This document shows, one piece after another, positions 29,714 to 38,949 of a stretch of DNA of 51,808 bases. Under the pieces are notes generated by a model that saw nothing but the letters and a program-made list of their open reading frames with translations, was not told where the DNA came from and ran no database searches. Within the stretch, counting starts at the first letter, position 1; each line of letters starts with the position of its first letter. Source of the stretch: Candidatus Firestoneibacteriota bacterium (GTDB taxonomy: Bacteria > Oederibacteriota > D2-FULL-39-29 > JBBTED01); NCBI GenBank assembly GCA_038042445.1, contig JBBTED010000163.1:1-51808 (forward strand), read 5' to 3'. The translations under genes and the position numbers were made by a program.

Positions 29714-29923
29714 ATGGAAAAAGAAATAATATTTCTTATTGAAGAATCATTGGATGGTGGATATGAAGCAAAAGCAATGGGCTATTCTGTTTTTACTGAG
29801 GCAGAAACTTTAGAAGAATTAAAAGAAGCAATTAAAGATGCAGTAAAATGTCATTTTGAAGAAAAAGATGTTCCTCATATTATTAGACTTCATTTTGTTA
29901 AAGATGAAGTAATGGTAGCATGA
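29714..29923 (+). CDS. hicB: Short HicB-like antitoxin
   Basis: GGAGGAG SD at 29699-29705 favours the ATG at 29714; EES.DGGY.A......FTEAETLEEL...I.DAV.CHF pattern; ATGA-coupled to a HicA-like gene. Confidence 0.75.
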   Translation: MEKEIIFLIEESLDGGYEAKAMGYSVFTEAETLEELKEAIKDAVKCHFEEKDVPHIIRLHFVKDEVMVA

Positions 29924-30168
29924 GACTGCCAAGAGATATTTCTTGTGAAGAATTAGTGAAAATAGTTTGTAAAAAATATGGATATCAAATTACTAGGAAA
30001 ACTGGTAGTCATCTTAGATTAACTACGTTTTTAAAAGGAGAACATCATATTACTATTCCAAAACATCGTTTTTTGAAAATAGGAACTTTAAACACTATTT
30101 TGTTGGATATTGCAAAATATTTAAAAGTAGACAAACAGAATCTGATAGATAATTTATTTGATGAGTAA
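29920..30168 (+). CDS. hicA: HicA-family toxin (mRNA interferase)
   Basis: GY...R..GSH.RL......HITIP.H..LKIGTL..IL. Confidence 0.88.
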   Translation: MRLPRDISCEELVKIVCKKYGYQITRKTGSHLRLTTFLKGEHHITIPKHRFLKIGTLNTILLDIAKYLKVDKQNLIDNLFDE

Positions 30169-30198
30169 AAAGCACTATTAAAGAGAGGTAAATGTACA

Positions 30199-30810
30199 AT
30201 GAATATTTTGGCAATTGGTTCGCATCCTGATGATATAGAGTATGGATGTGGTGGTACACTATTAAAATTTAAAGAAGAAGGTCATAAAATAAATATGCTT
30301 ATTATGACAAAGGGTGATGTTGGTGGGACTCCTAAAACTAGGTCAAAAGAACAAATATTATCAGCACGAATTTTAGATGCGAAAATTTACTGGGGTGGTT
30401 TAAAAGACACAAGAATTGTGGTAGATAGAAAGACTATAGGAATAATTGAAAAAACAATTGCACTTGTTAAACCGTATATAGTGTTTACACATTACCATAA
30501 TGATACACATCAGGATCATAGACATATTTCACAAGCTACAATGGTTGCAACACGCCATATGAGAAATGTGCTTTTTTATGAAGTTCCGACAACTATGGAA
30601 TTTTTACCTACGGTATTTGTAAAAATAGATAAACTACTGGATCGGAAATTGAAGTTATTGCATTCTCATGAGTCTCAGGTTTATGCGATGAAGATACCAG
30701 GATTAAATATATTGGAGAATGTGAAGTCCTGCGCAATTTTTCGTGGATTTCAGGATAGAGTCCGATTTGCAGAAGGTTTTATGCCTTTGCGACTTTCACT
30801 TAAATTATGA
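30199..30810 (+). CDS. PIG-L/LmbE family deacetylase
   Basis: HPDD.E.G.GG and HQDH motifs; GAGG SD upstream. Confidence 0.93.
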   Translation: MNILAIGSHPDDIEYGCGGTLLKFKEEGHKINMLIMTKGDVGGTPKTRSKEQILSARILDAKIYWGGLKDTRIVVDRKTIGIIEKTIALVKPYIVFTHYHNDTHQDHRHISQATMVATRHMRNVLFYEVPTTMEFLPTVFVKIDKLLDRKLKLLHSHESQVYAMKIPGLNILENVKSCAIFRGFQDRVRFAEGFMPLRLSLKL

Positions 30811-31910
30811 GTATCAAATATATTATTTTAATTATACTTATAATATTTTTTATTCAGCCAACAGGTGGAACGTGGTTTTATTTGTACCAAATTCGTTGGC
30901 TATATGTTCTAATTCTTTCGTTTTTACTTGCGTATGTATTTACTCCTGTTGTAGGAAAAATTGCAGAAAAATATAAATTTCTTGATTATCCTAATGAGCG
31001 TAAAATGCATAAAAATCCAATACCAAGAATAGGCGGTATTGCAATATTTGCTGCGATTTTAATTGCTGGAGTTAGAAATCTGCATTTTCCGCTACCAATA
31101 ATTGGGATTTTTATTGGGCTCACTATTATATTTCTTATAGGATTTTTTGACGATATAAAAGGTTTGTCAGCCAAAACAAAACTTTTGGGTCAGATTTTAG
31201 CTGCTTTAGTTCTTATAAAATTTGGTGTTACGATAAGTTTTATTCCTGAAATTCCATTTGAGCGAACAATTGAAGTTCTGATAACTATAATATGGGTTAT
31301 AGGTATTACTAATGCAATAAATTTTCTTGATGGAATGGATGGGCTTTGTAGTGGTTTAGGTATAATCAGTGCAATGTGTTTTTTTGTAATTGCCTGGCCA
31401 ACAAGGCAAAGTGATCTTGGATATTTTACAATTGCATTAGTGGGAAGTTTATTGGGATTTCTTCCATATAATTTAAAACCAGCTAAAATATTTCTTGGTG
31501 ATTCAGGAAGTACTTTGATAGGATTTAGTCTTGCAAGCATAGCTATACTGGGAACCTGGGCACATAAAGATACTGTTAAAGCTCTGAGTATTCCAATTTT
31601 GATACTTGGAATACCGATATTTGATATGATATATACAACTATTTCAAGAATAAAAAATGGGACAGTTAAAACAATTAAAGGGTGGCTGGAATATGTAGGA
31701 AAAGACCATTTTCATCATAGATTACATAAAATGGGTTTTAATGTTACAGGAGCTATAGCAATGATATTTGGTTTAAATCTTTGCTTGGGATTAGGCGCAA
31801 TTGTATTAAGAGAAACTTCTAAACAAGGGGCTATGTTGTTATTCATACAAGCATTTATAATATTTCTAATAATAACTGCATTGATGCTTCATGGGAGAGA
31901 AATAGAGTGA
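30807..31910 (+). CDS. wecA: WecA/TagO-like undecaprenyl-phosphate GlcNAc-1-P transferase (MraY family)
   Basis: RK.H..PIPR.GG, GFFDD, NAINFLDGMDGL, FLGDSGS and HFHH motifs; multiple TM helices. Confidence 0.88.
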   Translation: MSIKYIILIILIIFFIQPTGGTWFYLYQIRWLYVLILSFLLAYVFTPVVGKIAEKYKFLDYPNERKMHKNPIPRIGGIAIFAAILIAGVRNLHFPLPIIGIFIGLTIIFLIGFFDDIKGLSAKTKLLGQILAALVLIKFGVTISFIPEIPFERTIEVLITIIWVIGITNAINFLDGMDGLCSGLGIISAMCFFVIAWPTRQSDLGYFTIALVGSLLGFLPYNLKPAKIFLGDSGSTLIGFSLASIAILGTWAHKDTVKALSIPILILGIPIFDMIYTTISRIKNGTVKTIKGWLEYVGKDHFHHRLHKMGFNVTGAIAMIFGLNLCLGLGAIVLRETSKQGAMLLFIQAFIIFLIITALMLHGREIE

Positions 31911-32575
31911 TTGAAGCTTTTCTTAATGATAGTTTAATATGGGTAGGTGGTATAATTATTTTTATAATAATTTTAATAATTTTTTTACGTTCAAAATCAG
32001 ATGTTGTTATTTTTCATGAAACACAAGGACAGCAGGAAAAGGTAAATATTGTTGAAGGTACAAATAATACTGTAGAAATAGAAACTCGAGTAGATGAATC
32101 TCTACAAAAACATACACAAGAGAAAATATCAAACAATTATGCAGAAGATTTAACACGAATGGCAGAAGAAATAAATAGAATAGAAGAATTATATCTGAAT
32201 AATTTGTCTAAACTTGAGAATGAATTAAAAAAAGAAATAAAAGGCTTAAATAGTAGTATTTCTAAAACAGACAATAATGCGATACATAAGGAAATAAGTA
32301 ATTTATCTGCACGTATTGATAAAATAGAAAAAGTAGAAGCTTTTGTAGAAGCCTCTTTAGAGGCGAAAGATGATGGGAAAGATGATACAATTTCTACAAT
32401 CAATTCATTAAAACAGATGTTTGCAGGTATAGAAACCAGAATTACAAATATTGAAAACAAAAAGCCTGATATGGTAGAATCAGCTCAACCATCTTCTAAG
32501 TTACAGGAAGAAGTAAAATCGCTTCAGGAAAAAATAAATGAAGTAATTGCATATTTGAGGTCACTAACATCATGA
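31907..32575 (+). CDS. Hypothetical protein: N-terminal TM anchor plus coiled coil
   Basis: One hydrophobic helix followed by charged heptad-like sequence; GTGA/ATGA overlaps on both sides. Confidence 0.75.
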   Translation: MIEAFLNDSLIWVGGIIIFIIILIIFLRSKSDVVIFHETQGQQEKVNIVEGTNNTVEIETRVDESLQKHTQEKISNNYAEDLTRMAEEINRIEELYLNNLSKLENELKKEIKGLNSSISKTDNNAIHKEISNLSARIDKIEKVEAFVEASLEAKDDGKDDTISTINSLKQMFAGIETRITNIENKKPDMVESAQPSSKLQEEVKSLQEKINEVIAYLRSLTS

Positions 32576-34053
32576 ATATAATTTTAAATAGAGTTGTTAA
32601 ATATTTTGGGTTTTATGTAGGGCAAGGCTTTAGCCTTGCTAATGCAAACTTATTACAATATTTTAAATATTCAGTTTTATTATTAGCTGTATTTTTGAAT
32701 CTATTTGTAGTTCAGTATAGTTATGCTGAAACAATAGGAAATGTTGATCATGTGTTGGTTTCCAATAAAGAGGATTTAGCTAAAATAAGTGTTTCAATTT
32801 CACAAATAACTTCTTATAAGCATTTAATACTTGAAAATCCATTAAGAATTGTTCTGGATATTCAAAATGCAATGGATAGTTTAATTGCAAAAGCAAAGGA
32901 TATATCTCTTAAAATTGGTCCTGTGCAAAGTGTTCAGACAATGCAATTTGCAATGGAGCCTGTTAAGATAGTCAGAGTTATACTAAATATACGGGAAACA
33001 GAGATAAATAATAAAGAGGCTCTTTCTTACAAAGTTGATAATGAATCAAATGAAATAGTAATTTCAGTGACCAAAGTGAATAGTGCAACCATAGGACAGG
33101 CGTCTCGCCTGTCAATAAGTGAGATTTCGGAGGAGACCAAAGTTTCATCAGTGGAAGAGACTATAGGGTCATCAGGGGTTGAAAAATCCAAAGAGAAAGC
33201 TGTGGTTTCGCCAGAGAATGAATATATAGTAGATATAGGGGATCTTTTAAATATTGCAGTATATCCAGGAGAAGAGTTTAACAAAGAGACAGTTGTTAAT
33301 ACAGATGGTAAAATAACTATGTTAATGGTTGGAGATATTTTGGCTAAAGGCAGAAAAGTTTCTGAATTAACAGAGGATATAACAAAAAGAATTAGCAAAT
33401 ATGTATCTTCTCCTAAAGTTTCAGTTTCAGTGCGAAAATTTGGATATCGTAAGATTTATCTTACTGGAGAAGTAAGAGCTTCTGGTGCTTATGATTTCAG
33501 GGATGGACAAAAATTAACAGAATTTGTAACAGGTTCCGGTGGATTTACAGCAAAAGCAGATTTGAAAAACGTTAAGATTTATAGAGGTGAGCCAGACAAA
33601 CGTGAGATCATAAATGTTAATGTTGAAGAGATGATGAAAAATGGTGATTTCAAGAAAGATATAATCTTGCAAACCGGAGATATTATTGATGTGCCAAAAG
33701 GTGTAAAAGAAGTTTTCATAATTGGTCAGGTAAAATCTACAGGAACTTATGAACACAGAGTAGGTTTAAAAATGCTTGAGCTTATTTCCAAGGCAGGTGG
33801 TTTTACGGATATAGCAGATATAAGCAGTATTAGAGTATTCAGAGGTCTTGAAGAAAAAAAAGAAGTTCTTGAGGTTGATATGGCAAAGGTTATGAAAGAT
33901 GGTCAGCTTGATAAAGATATATTTCTTCAGCCTGGAGATATAATTTTTGTACCCTCCGGTAGTATCACAACATGGAATTGGATAATAAGTAGTATTGTTC
34001 CAACAATGTCTTTTATTGTTTCACTTGTAACTTTAATATATATAGTTAAATAG
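32572..34053 (+). CDS. wza: Wza-like polysaccharide export protein with AMIN domain and two SLBB domains
   Basis: AMIN-like LENPLRIVLDI; EY....GD.L.I.V...V..DG.I; two GEV/GQV...G.Y....GGFT..AD SLBB units; C-terminal hydrophobic helix. Confidence 0.85.
   Translation: MNIILNRVVKYFGFYVGQGFSLANANLLQYFKYSVLLLAVFLNLFVVQYSYAETIGNVDHVLVSNKEDLAKISVSISQITSYKHLILENPLRIVLDIQNAMDSLIAKAKDISLKIGPVQSVQTMQFAMEPVKIVRVILNIRETEINNKEALSYKVDNESNEIVISVTKVNSATIGQASRLSISEISEETKVSSVEETIGSSGVEKSKEKAVVSPENEYIVDIGDLLNIAVYPGEEFNKETVVNTDGKITMLMVGDILAKGRKVSELTEDITKRISKYVSSPKVSVSVRKFGYRKIYLTGEVRASGAYDFRDGQKLTEFVTGSGGFTAKADLKNVKIYRGEPDKREIINVNVEEMMKNGDFKKDIILQTGDIIDVPKGVKEVFIIGQVKSTGTYEHRVGLKMLELISKAGGFTDIADISSIRVFRGLEEKKEVLEVDMAKVMKDGQLDKDIFLQPGDIIFVPSGSITTWNWIISSIVPTMSFIVSLVTLIYIVK
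32617..32639. repeat. GTAG-type palindrome in-frame in the Wza signal region (VGQGFSLA)
   Basis: GTAGG-GCAAGGCT-TT-AGCCTTGC. Confidence 0.88.
33091..33113. repeat. ATAG-variant palindrome in-frame in the Wza AMIN-to-export-domain linker (IGQASRLS)
   Basis: ATAG-GACAGGCG-TCT-CGCCTGTC; same architecture as 18093. Confidence 0.75.
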
Positions 34054-34099
34054 AAATGGCTATATTATATTATTTTTTGTAATGTTTTTGCGGTTTTTT

Positions 34100-34121
34100 G
34101 TAGCGGTCAGCGTAAGCTGAC
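34100..34121. repeat. GTAG-type palindrome, intergenic
   Basis: GTAGCG-GTCAGC-GTAA-GCTGAC. Confidence 0.7.
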
Positions 34122-34138
34122 TTTTTAATATAATACTT

Positions 34139-36055
34139 ATGGCAAAATATGAATTAACTTTACATGATTACTGGAGAATTTTAAGAAGAAGAAGAGGTTT
34201 GATTTTCTTTTCTGAAATAGCAGTAGTGCTCGCCACAATTATTTTTACTCAGATACAAACACCGATATATCAAGCTTCTTCCTATGTAAAGTTAGAGCAG
34301 GAAGCATCTCCTAGTGCTACAATTCCTGGTCTTGAGAATTTAGGGCTTGGACAGGGGATGGTAGACAATCTTTCTATTGAATCAAAATATATTAAAACAA
34401 GAGAAGTCATAGAAAGCACAGCAGTGAAATTGGGATTAATTAATGATAATACACCTAAAATAGAAAAAGAACGTGTTATTCAGAGTCTTACTTCAAAAAT
34501 TAATACTACAGCAAATCAGGATACATATAATATTCAGATTATAGTAACTTCTACAGAGCAAAAAGAAGTAGCAATTATTGCAAATGCTATTGCAAGTGTA
34601 TATGTGGAGAAAGCTGTTGAAAACAAGAATAAAAAGGCATCTAACTTAAAAGAATTTGTAGGTAGACAATTAGAAGAAGTAAAAAAGAAATTGGAAACTA
34701 CTGAAGATGCACTTAAGGATTTTAGAGAAAAATCTGAAGCTACTGTTGGAATAGGTGGCACACTTTCTTCAAGATTATTTGAATTAAAATCACAGGAACA
34801 GGAATTATTAAAAAAATACACAATAGAGCATCCACAGGTTATAAAAATTAGGCAACAGATGAAAGAAGTAGACTCACGATTGAAGGATTTGCCTGCTGAT
34901 GAATTGGAACTTTCCAGATTAACACGGGAAGTCAGGGTGAATGAAGAATTATATTATATGCTTTCTAAAAAGTTTAAAGAATCGCAAATATCTGAAGCAG
35001 ATAGAAGTGAAGTGGCATCTGTTAGTAGTTTTGCGTCAGAACCAAAAACCCCAATTAAACCTAATAAAAAATTAAATATAATAGTTGGCGCAGTTTTAGG
35101 TTTAGTAATAGGATTTGTTTCAGCATTTGTAATGGAAAATGTTGATACTTCAATAGGGACAATAGAAGAAATTGAAACATATTTACAGATGTCTGTTCTT
35201 GGTATGGTTCCACATTTGGTAACCAAAGAAGATAAAAGTTCTTTTTTAAGAAGATTCGGAATTAGAGATGAAAAAATTGCAGATTTACGTGCTAAACTTA
35301 TATTTTATCATTCATCACGTTCTTCATTAACTCAATCATATCATACTTTAGCTACTAATATAAAATTTGCACTGGAAAAAACTCAAGGAAAAACAATTTT
35401 ATTTACAAGTGCAGGTCCGAGTGAAGGAAAAACACTAACTGTATGTAATTTGGCTTTAACACTTGCGCAATCAGGTGCAAAAGTATTACTTGTGGAAATG
35501 GATGTTCGCAGGCCTGCAATTTCAAAGATGTTTGGTTTGTCACGTGAACCAGGTCTTGGAGATATAATAGTTGGAAGTATGAAATGGCAGGATGTAGCAA
35601 GAGGAACAACAGATTTATTATTAACGGATTTAACTCTTGAAAAAATTCTTTCTGAGCCGGGAATTGAAAACCTAAAAATAATTACATGTGGCCATATTCC
35701 TTCTAATCCTGCAGAAATTGTTAATGCAGTTCAATTACGTCAATTTTTTAATAGTGTCCGTGCTGAATTTGATTATATTTTACTTGATTGTTCACCTGTA
35801 TTATTGTTTGCCGATGCTTTAGTAGTGGGTGCTCTTGTTGATTCCTGTATATTATTATATCAGATGGGTAGGATTCCACGTGAAGCTTTAAAAAGAGCAA
35901 AGACTCAATTGGATAATATAAAGGCAAATACTATAGGTATTATTTTAAATAGTGTAAAGACAGCAGAGTTTGGTCCGCATTACAGCTATTATCAATATTC
36001 AAAATACTACACAGATCAAGAACAAGAACCCGTCAATATTACTCCAACAAATTAA
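34139..36055 (+). CDS. wzc: Wzc-like polysaccharide co-polymerase / BY tyrosine kinase
   Basis: Two TM helices flanking a coiled coil, P..PIKP motif, Walker A SAGPSEGKT, D.RRP, LLDCSP, and C-terminal Tyr cluster YSYYQYSKYY. Confidence 0.93.
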   Translation: MAKYELTLHDYWRILRRRRGLIFFSEIAVVLATIIFTQIQTPIYQASSYVKLEQEASPSATIPGLENLGLGQGMVDNLSIESKYIKTREVIESTAVKLGLINDNTPKIEKERVIQSLTSKINTTANQDTYNIQIIVTSTEQKEVAIIANAIASVYVEKAVENKNKKASNLKEFVGRQLEEVKKKLETTEDALKDFREKSEATVGIGGTLSSRLFELKSQEQELLKKYTIEHPQVIKIRQQMKEVDSRLKDLPADELELSRLTREVRVNEELYYMLSKKFKESQISEADRSEVASVSSFASEPKTPIKPNKKLNIIVGAVLGLVIGFVSAFVMENVDTSIGTIEEIETYLQMSVLGMVPHLVTKEDKSSFLRRFGIRDEKIADLRAKLIFYHSSRSSLTQSYHTLATNIKFALEKTQGKTILFTSAGPSEGKTLTVCNLALTLAQSGAKVLLVEMDVRRPAISKMFGLSREPGLGDIIVGSMKWQDVARGTTDLLLTDLTLEKILSEPGIENLKIITCGHIPSNPAEIVNAVQLRQFFNSVRAEFDYILLDCSPVLLFADALVVGALVDSCILLYQMGRIPREALKRAKTQLDNIKANTIGIILNSVKTAEFGPHYSYYQYSKYYTDQEQEPVNITPTN

Positions 36056-36071
36056 AATTCCAGTTTTTTTA

Positions 36072-36164
36072 TCATTTCCGCGAAATCGAGAATTCAAAGG
36101 TAGCCGCAGGCTTTAGCCTGCGATTTAGTTGTTTTTCCTCTCCCCTTGTGGGAGAGGGTTAGGG
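36072..36164. repeat. Three-family palindrome cluster between convergent operons (possible bidirectional terminator)
   Basis: Degenerate TCATTTCCGCGAAATCGAGAATTC (36072-36095), GTAGCCGCAGGCTTTAGCCTGCG (36100-36122) and CCTCTCCCCTTGTGGGAGAGGGTTAGGG (36137-36164). Confidence 0.85.
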
Positions 36165-36821
36165 TTTTTTTGCTTCTATTATTATAATAGGCGCAAATGC
36201 TTTAAAGACAGGAAAAATATAAATTTTTCTTGCAATAATAAGATTGGATTTTTTCAAAATATTAGCAATATCTTTCACTTTGTAAGTTTTGAAAGGTAGT
36301 TTGTCAGCTTTTGGTTCATAATATTTTGCAAGTTTGTATGCAAAGTAAAAAAATGGATTTAGACTGTTTCTAATATCAAATACTATTTTTCCGTTTGTTT
36401 TGCATACACGCCCCATTTCCTCTATAATTTTTTGCACAGTTTCTATTGAATCTATATTAATCAATAGATTAAATGCAAATACAGTGTCAAAAATTTCATT
36501 TTTAAATGGCAAATTAGTTCCATCTCCAAATACAGCGTGAATATTTTTAATGTTATTTTTGTCGCAAGTGTATTTCAGTTTTAGAAGGTTTTCCTCATAG
36601 TTATCAATTCCATATATTTTTAATGCAGAATTGATTTTGGCTAATTTAGTTAGGTACAATCCTTCTCCGCATCCGACTTCAAGAATAGTGCCGCTATATT
36701 CTTGTGATGCATTTAATATTTTTTTTCGTATAAGATTTGGGAAAAAGCCTGCAGAATATTCTTCTTTTTCATCAGAAGCTGATATTAGCCTGTGAAACCA
36801 CACATACAGTTTTTTAATCAT
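36159..36821 (-). CDS. Class I SAM-dependent methyltransferase
   Basis: ILEVGCGEG, YGID, D...LPF....FD, E..RV.K..G. Confidence 0.9.
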   Translation of the reverse strand: MIKKLYVWFHRLISASDEKEEYSAGFFPNLIRKKILNASQEYSGTILEVGCGEGLYLTKLAKINSALKIYGIDNYEENLLKLKYTCDKNNIKNIHAVFGDGTNLPFKNEIFDTVFAFNLLINIDSIETVQKIIEEMGRVCKTNGKIVFDIRNSLNPFFYFAYKLAKYYEPKADKLPFKTYKVKDIANILKKSNLIIARKIYIFPVFKAFAPIIIIEAKKP

Positions 36822-36836
36822 AAAAATTCAAGTAAA

Positions 36837-36872
36837 TCCCCCTCTTTAAAAAAGAGGGGTTAGGGGAGATTT
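36837..36872. repeat. CCCCCT-type palindrome, intergenic
   Basis: CCCCTCTTT-AAA-AAAGAGGGGTTAGGGGAGATTT. Confidence 0.85.
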
Positions 36873-37958
36873 TTAAGAATTTCCCCTATTTAATAATTTT
36901 AATGTTGCGTTTATTACTTCTTCTGGTGTAATTTTATCAAAACATTTCATTGATGAACATTTTATTTTTTCACAGGGTGCACAATTGGTTTCATTATGTA
37001 AAACAATCGTTTTGTCGGAAATCTTAGACGGGTCATATCTGTTTGTATCACCTGGTCCAAAAATAGCTATCATAGGTGTTTTTAGCACAGCGGCTATATG
37101 CATAGGGCCTGTATCGTTTGTAATATAAATATTGCATCTTTTTATCAAAGCTATCAATTCAACCATATCGATTTTACCAATAAAATTAATCACTTTGTTA
37201 TTTGGCTTCTTTTTAAACTGTTGAGATAAATTAACTTCTGATTGTCCACCTGTAATTGCTATTTTGCAATTTAATTTTTCTGTTAGAATTCCAATAACTT
37301 TAATAAAATTTTCAATTGGCCAACGTCTTGAGATTATTCCGCCAGGATGTATTCCGATAAGTGTATCACTTTTGTCAACTCCATTATTTTTTAAAAGTTC
37401 TTCTATTTTGTTTTGGTTTGAGGGAGAAATATGAAGATTTATTTCTTTGTTTGAAATATCTGCACCAAGGGTTTTTACTGTTTCCAAGTCATATTCCATT
37501 TCATGCATTTTGCCGACATAAGTCTCAGGAATTTTGACGTTAAAAAAGAATCCTCTTTTGTCTGTATCTCTGCCAACATTTAATTTCGCGTTTATAATGA
37601 AGAAAATAATAGCCATTTTAAATGCGCTTGGGGTTGATGTAATGGTTCGCATATTAATTGCTATGTCAAATTTTTTTTTGCGAAGTGTATAAAGAAGTTG
37701 TATTACATCTTTAACTCTTTTGAAATTAAAAAAATGCTTGCCACCGTGTGATTTGTCAGTAATGAAATGAAAAGGAATGACTTCTTTAATAAATGGTATG
37801 GTTTTTGTGATTTCAACAATATGTGGTGCCACAAGTATAGAAATTTCTGCTTCAGTATAGAGGTTTTTTAAAGCGGACAATGCAGGTTTTGATAGAAGAA
37901 TATCTCCAATACCTCCGAAATTTACAATTAAGATTTTTTTTATACCTTCAAGTCTCAA
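36873..37958 (-). CDS. GT9 family glycosyltransferase (heptosyltransferase-like)
   Basis: GGIGD.LL..P, IGIHPG....RW, TNDTGPMHIAA...P.IAIFGP, CAPC..C. Confidence 0.92.
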   Translation of the reverse strand: MRLEGIKKILIVNFGGIGDILLSKPALSALKNLYTEAEISILVAPHIVEITKTIPFIKEVIPFHFITDKSHGGKHFFNFKRVKDVIQLLYTLRKKKFDIAINMRTITSTPSAFKMAIIFFIINAKLNVGRDTDKRGFFFNVKIPETYVGKMHEMEYDLETVKTLGADISNKEINLHISPSNQNKIEELLKNNGVDKSDTLIGIHPGGIISRRWPIENFIKVIGILTEKLNCKIAITGGQSEVNLSQQFKKKPNNKVINFIGKIDMVELIALIKRCNIYITNDTGPMHIAAVLKTPMIAIFGPGDTNRYDPSKISDKTIVLHNETNCAPCEKIKCSSMKCFDKITPEEVINATLKLLNRGNS

Positions 37959-38809
37959 AGATAGTTACTCCTTTTTTTGAAAATTTTGCATTTTATAATT
38001 TCATAAAGATATCCATAAATATAAACTAATTTAACCAAAAGAAATAAGAATTTACATTTTATAACAGCACTAATTAATTGTGAAAGAAATCTTGAACCTC
38101 TTGAAAATTTTCCAATTTTTTTTGAAGTATAAAGAACTCCTTTGGGATTAACATCTATATTTAACTGCGGATAATTAATATCTACAAAAGCAGAGCCTCT
38201 TCCATTTCTAAAATTCATTTTAATCAGTTCTTGTATGTTTTGTGGTTGATGATGATAACAGAATGTTTGTGGAATAAGAACTGTTCGATATCCAGCTTTT
38301 TGCATACGGTTAGAAATCTCAGAATCTTCTCCTCTGAGTATTTGTTCGTTAAATTGCCCAATTCTTAAAAATATATCCTTGCGAATAGCACAGCAGGCAG
38401 AAGTCGCTACCCATATATCTGTTATTTTATCAACAATAGGAGAATAAGAAGTGGGGATTTCTCGGGCATATCTTTGTTCAAACATTTTAGCATCTTCAGG
38501 AATTCTAATTGAGCCTGCAGTAATACCAGTATTTTTATTGTCTAATAATGGCTGAATCAAATTAGCAAGAACGTATTTATTGCCCAATCGAATATCATCA
38601 TCAAAAAAAACTAAAATTTCACCTTGGGATTTATTGGCACCGATATTTCTGGCTTTTCCAGGTGGAGAGATTCCTCGGATTTTATGAATTTCCACATCAG
38701 CATTGATTTCTTGTATAGATATATCTTCCATTAATTTTAAAACAAAATGCTCACGGCTTTCATCTTTGCTTGGTATAATGATTGAAACCAAAAGTTTATT
38801 TGTTGTCAT
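37955..38809 (-). CDS. GT2 family glycosyltransferase
   Basis: VSIIIP, ARN.GA, FFDDD, GF.E....GED. The ATG at 38809 is preferred because the ATG at 38848 lies inside a palindromic repeat. Confidence 0.88.
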   Translation of the reverse strand: MTTNKLLVSIIIPSKDESREHFVLKLMEDISIQEINADVEIHKIRGISPPGKARNIGANKSQGEILVFFDDDIRLGNKYVLANLIQPLLDNKNTGITAGSIRIPEDAKMFEQRYAREIPTSYSPIVDKITDIWVATSACCAIRKDIFLRIGQFNEQILRGEDSEISNRMQKAGYRTVLIPQTFCYHHQPQNIQELIKMNFRNGRGSAFVDINYPQLNIDVNPKGVLYTSKKIGKFSRGSRFLSQLISAVIKCKFLFLLVKLVYIYGYLYEIIKCKIFKKRSNYL

Positions 38810-38842
38810 ATTGTCATTCAGACTGCGTTGCAATCGGTTTTT

Positions 38843-38916
38843 TGTCATCCTGAACTTGTTTCAGGATCTCAAAACACCTTGATTTTATTAGATGCTGAAA
38901 TAAATTCAGCATGACA
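38843..38916. repeat. TGTCAT-type doublet, intergenic
   Basis: TGTCATCCTGAACTTGTTTCAGGATCTC ... AGATGCTGAAATAAATTCAGCATGACA; a further TGTCAT...GCAATC element at 38812-38835. Confidence 0.9.
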
Positions 38917-38949
38917 AAATACTAATTATTCTAATTGTGAGACAAATCT

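Noticed and set aside
34129..34134. TATAAT upstream of wzc as a promoter
   Set aside because: Only 4 nt separate it from the ATG, there is no -35 box, and the context is AT-rich.
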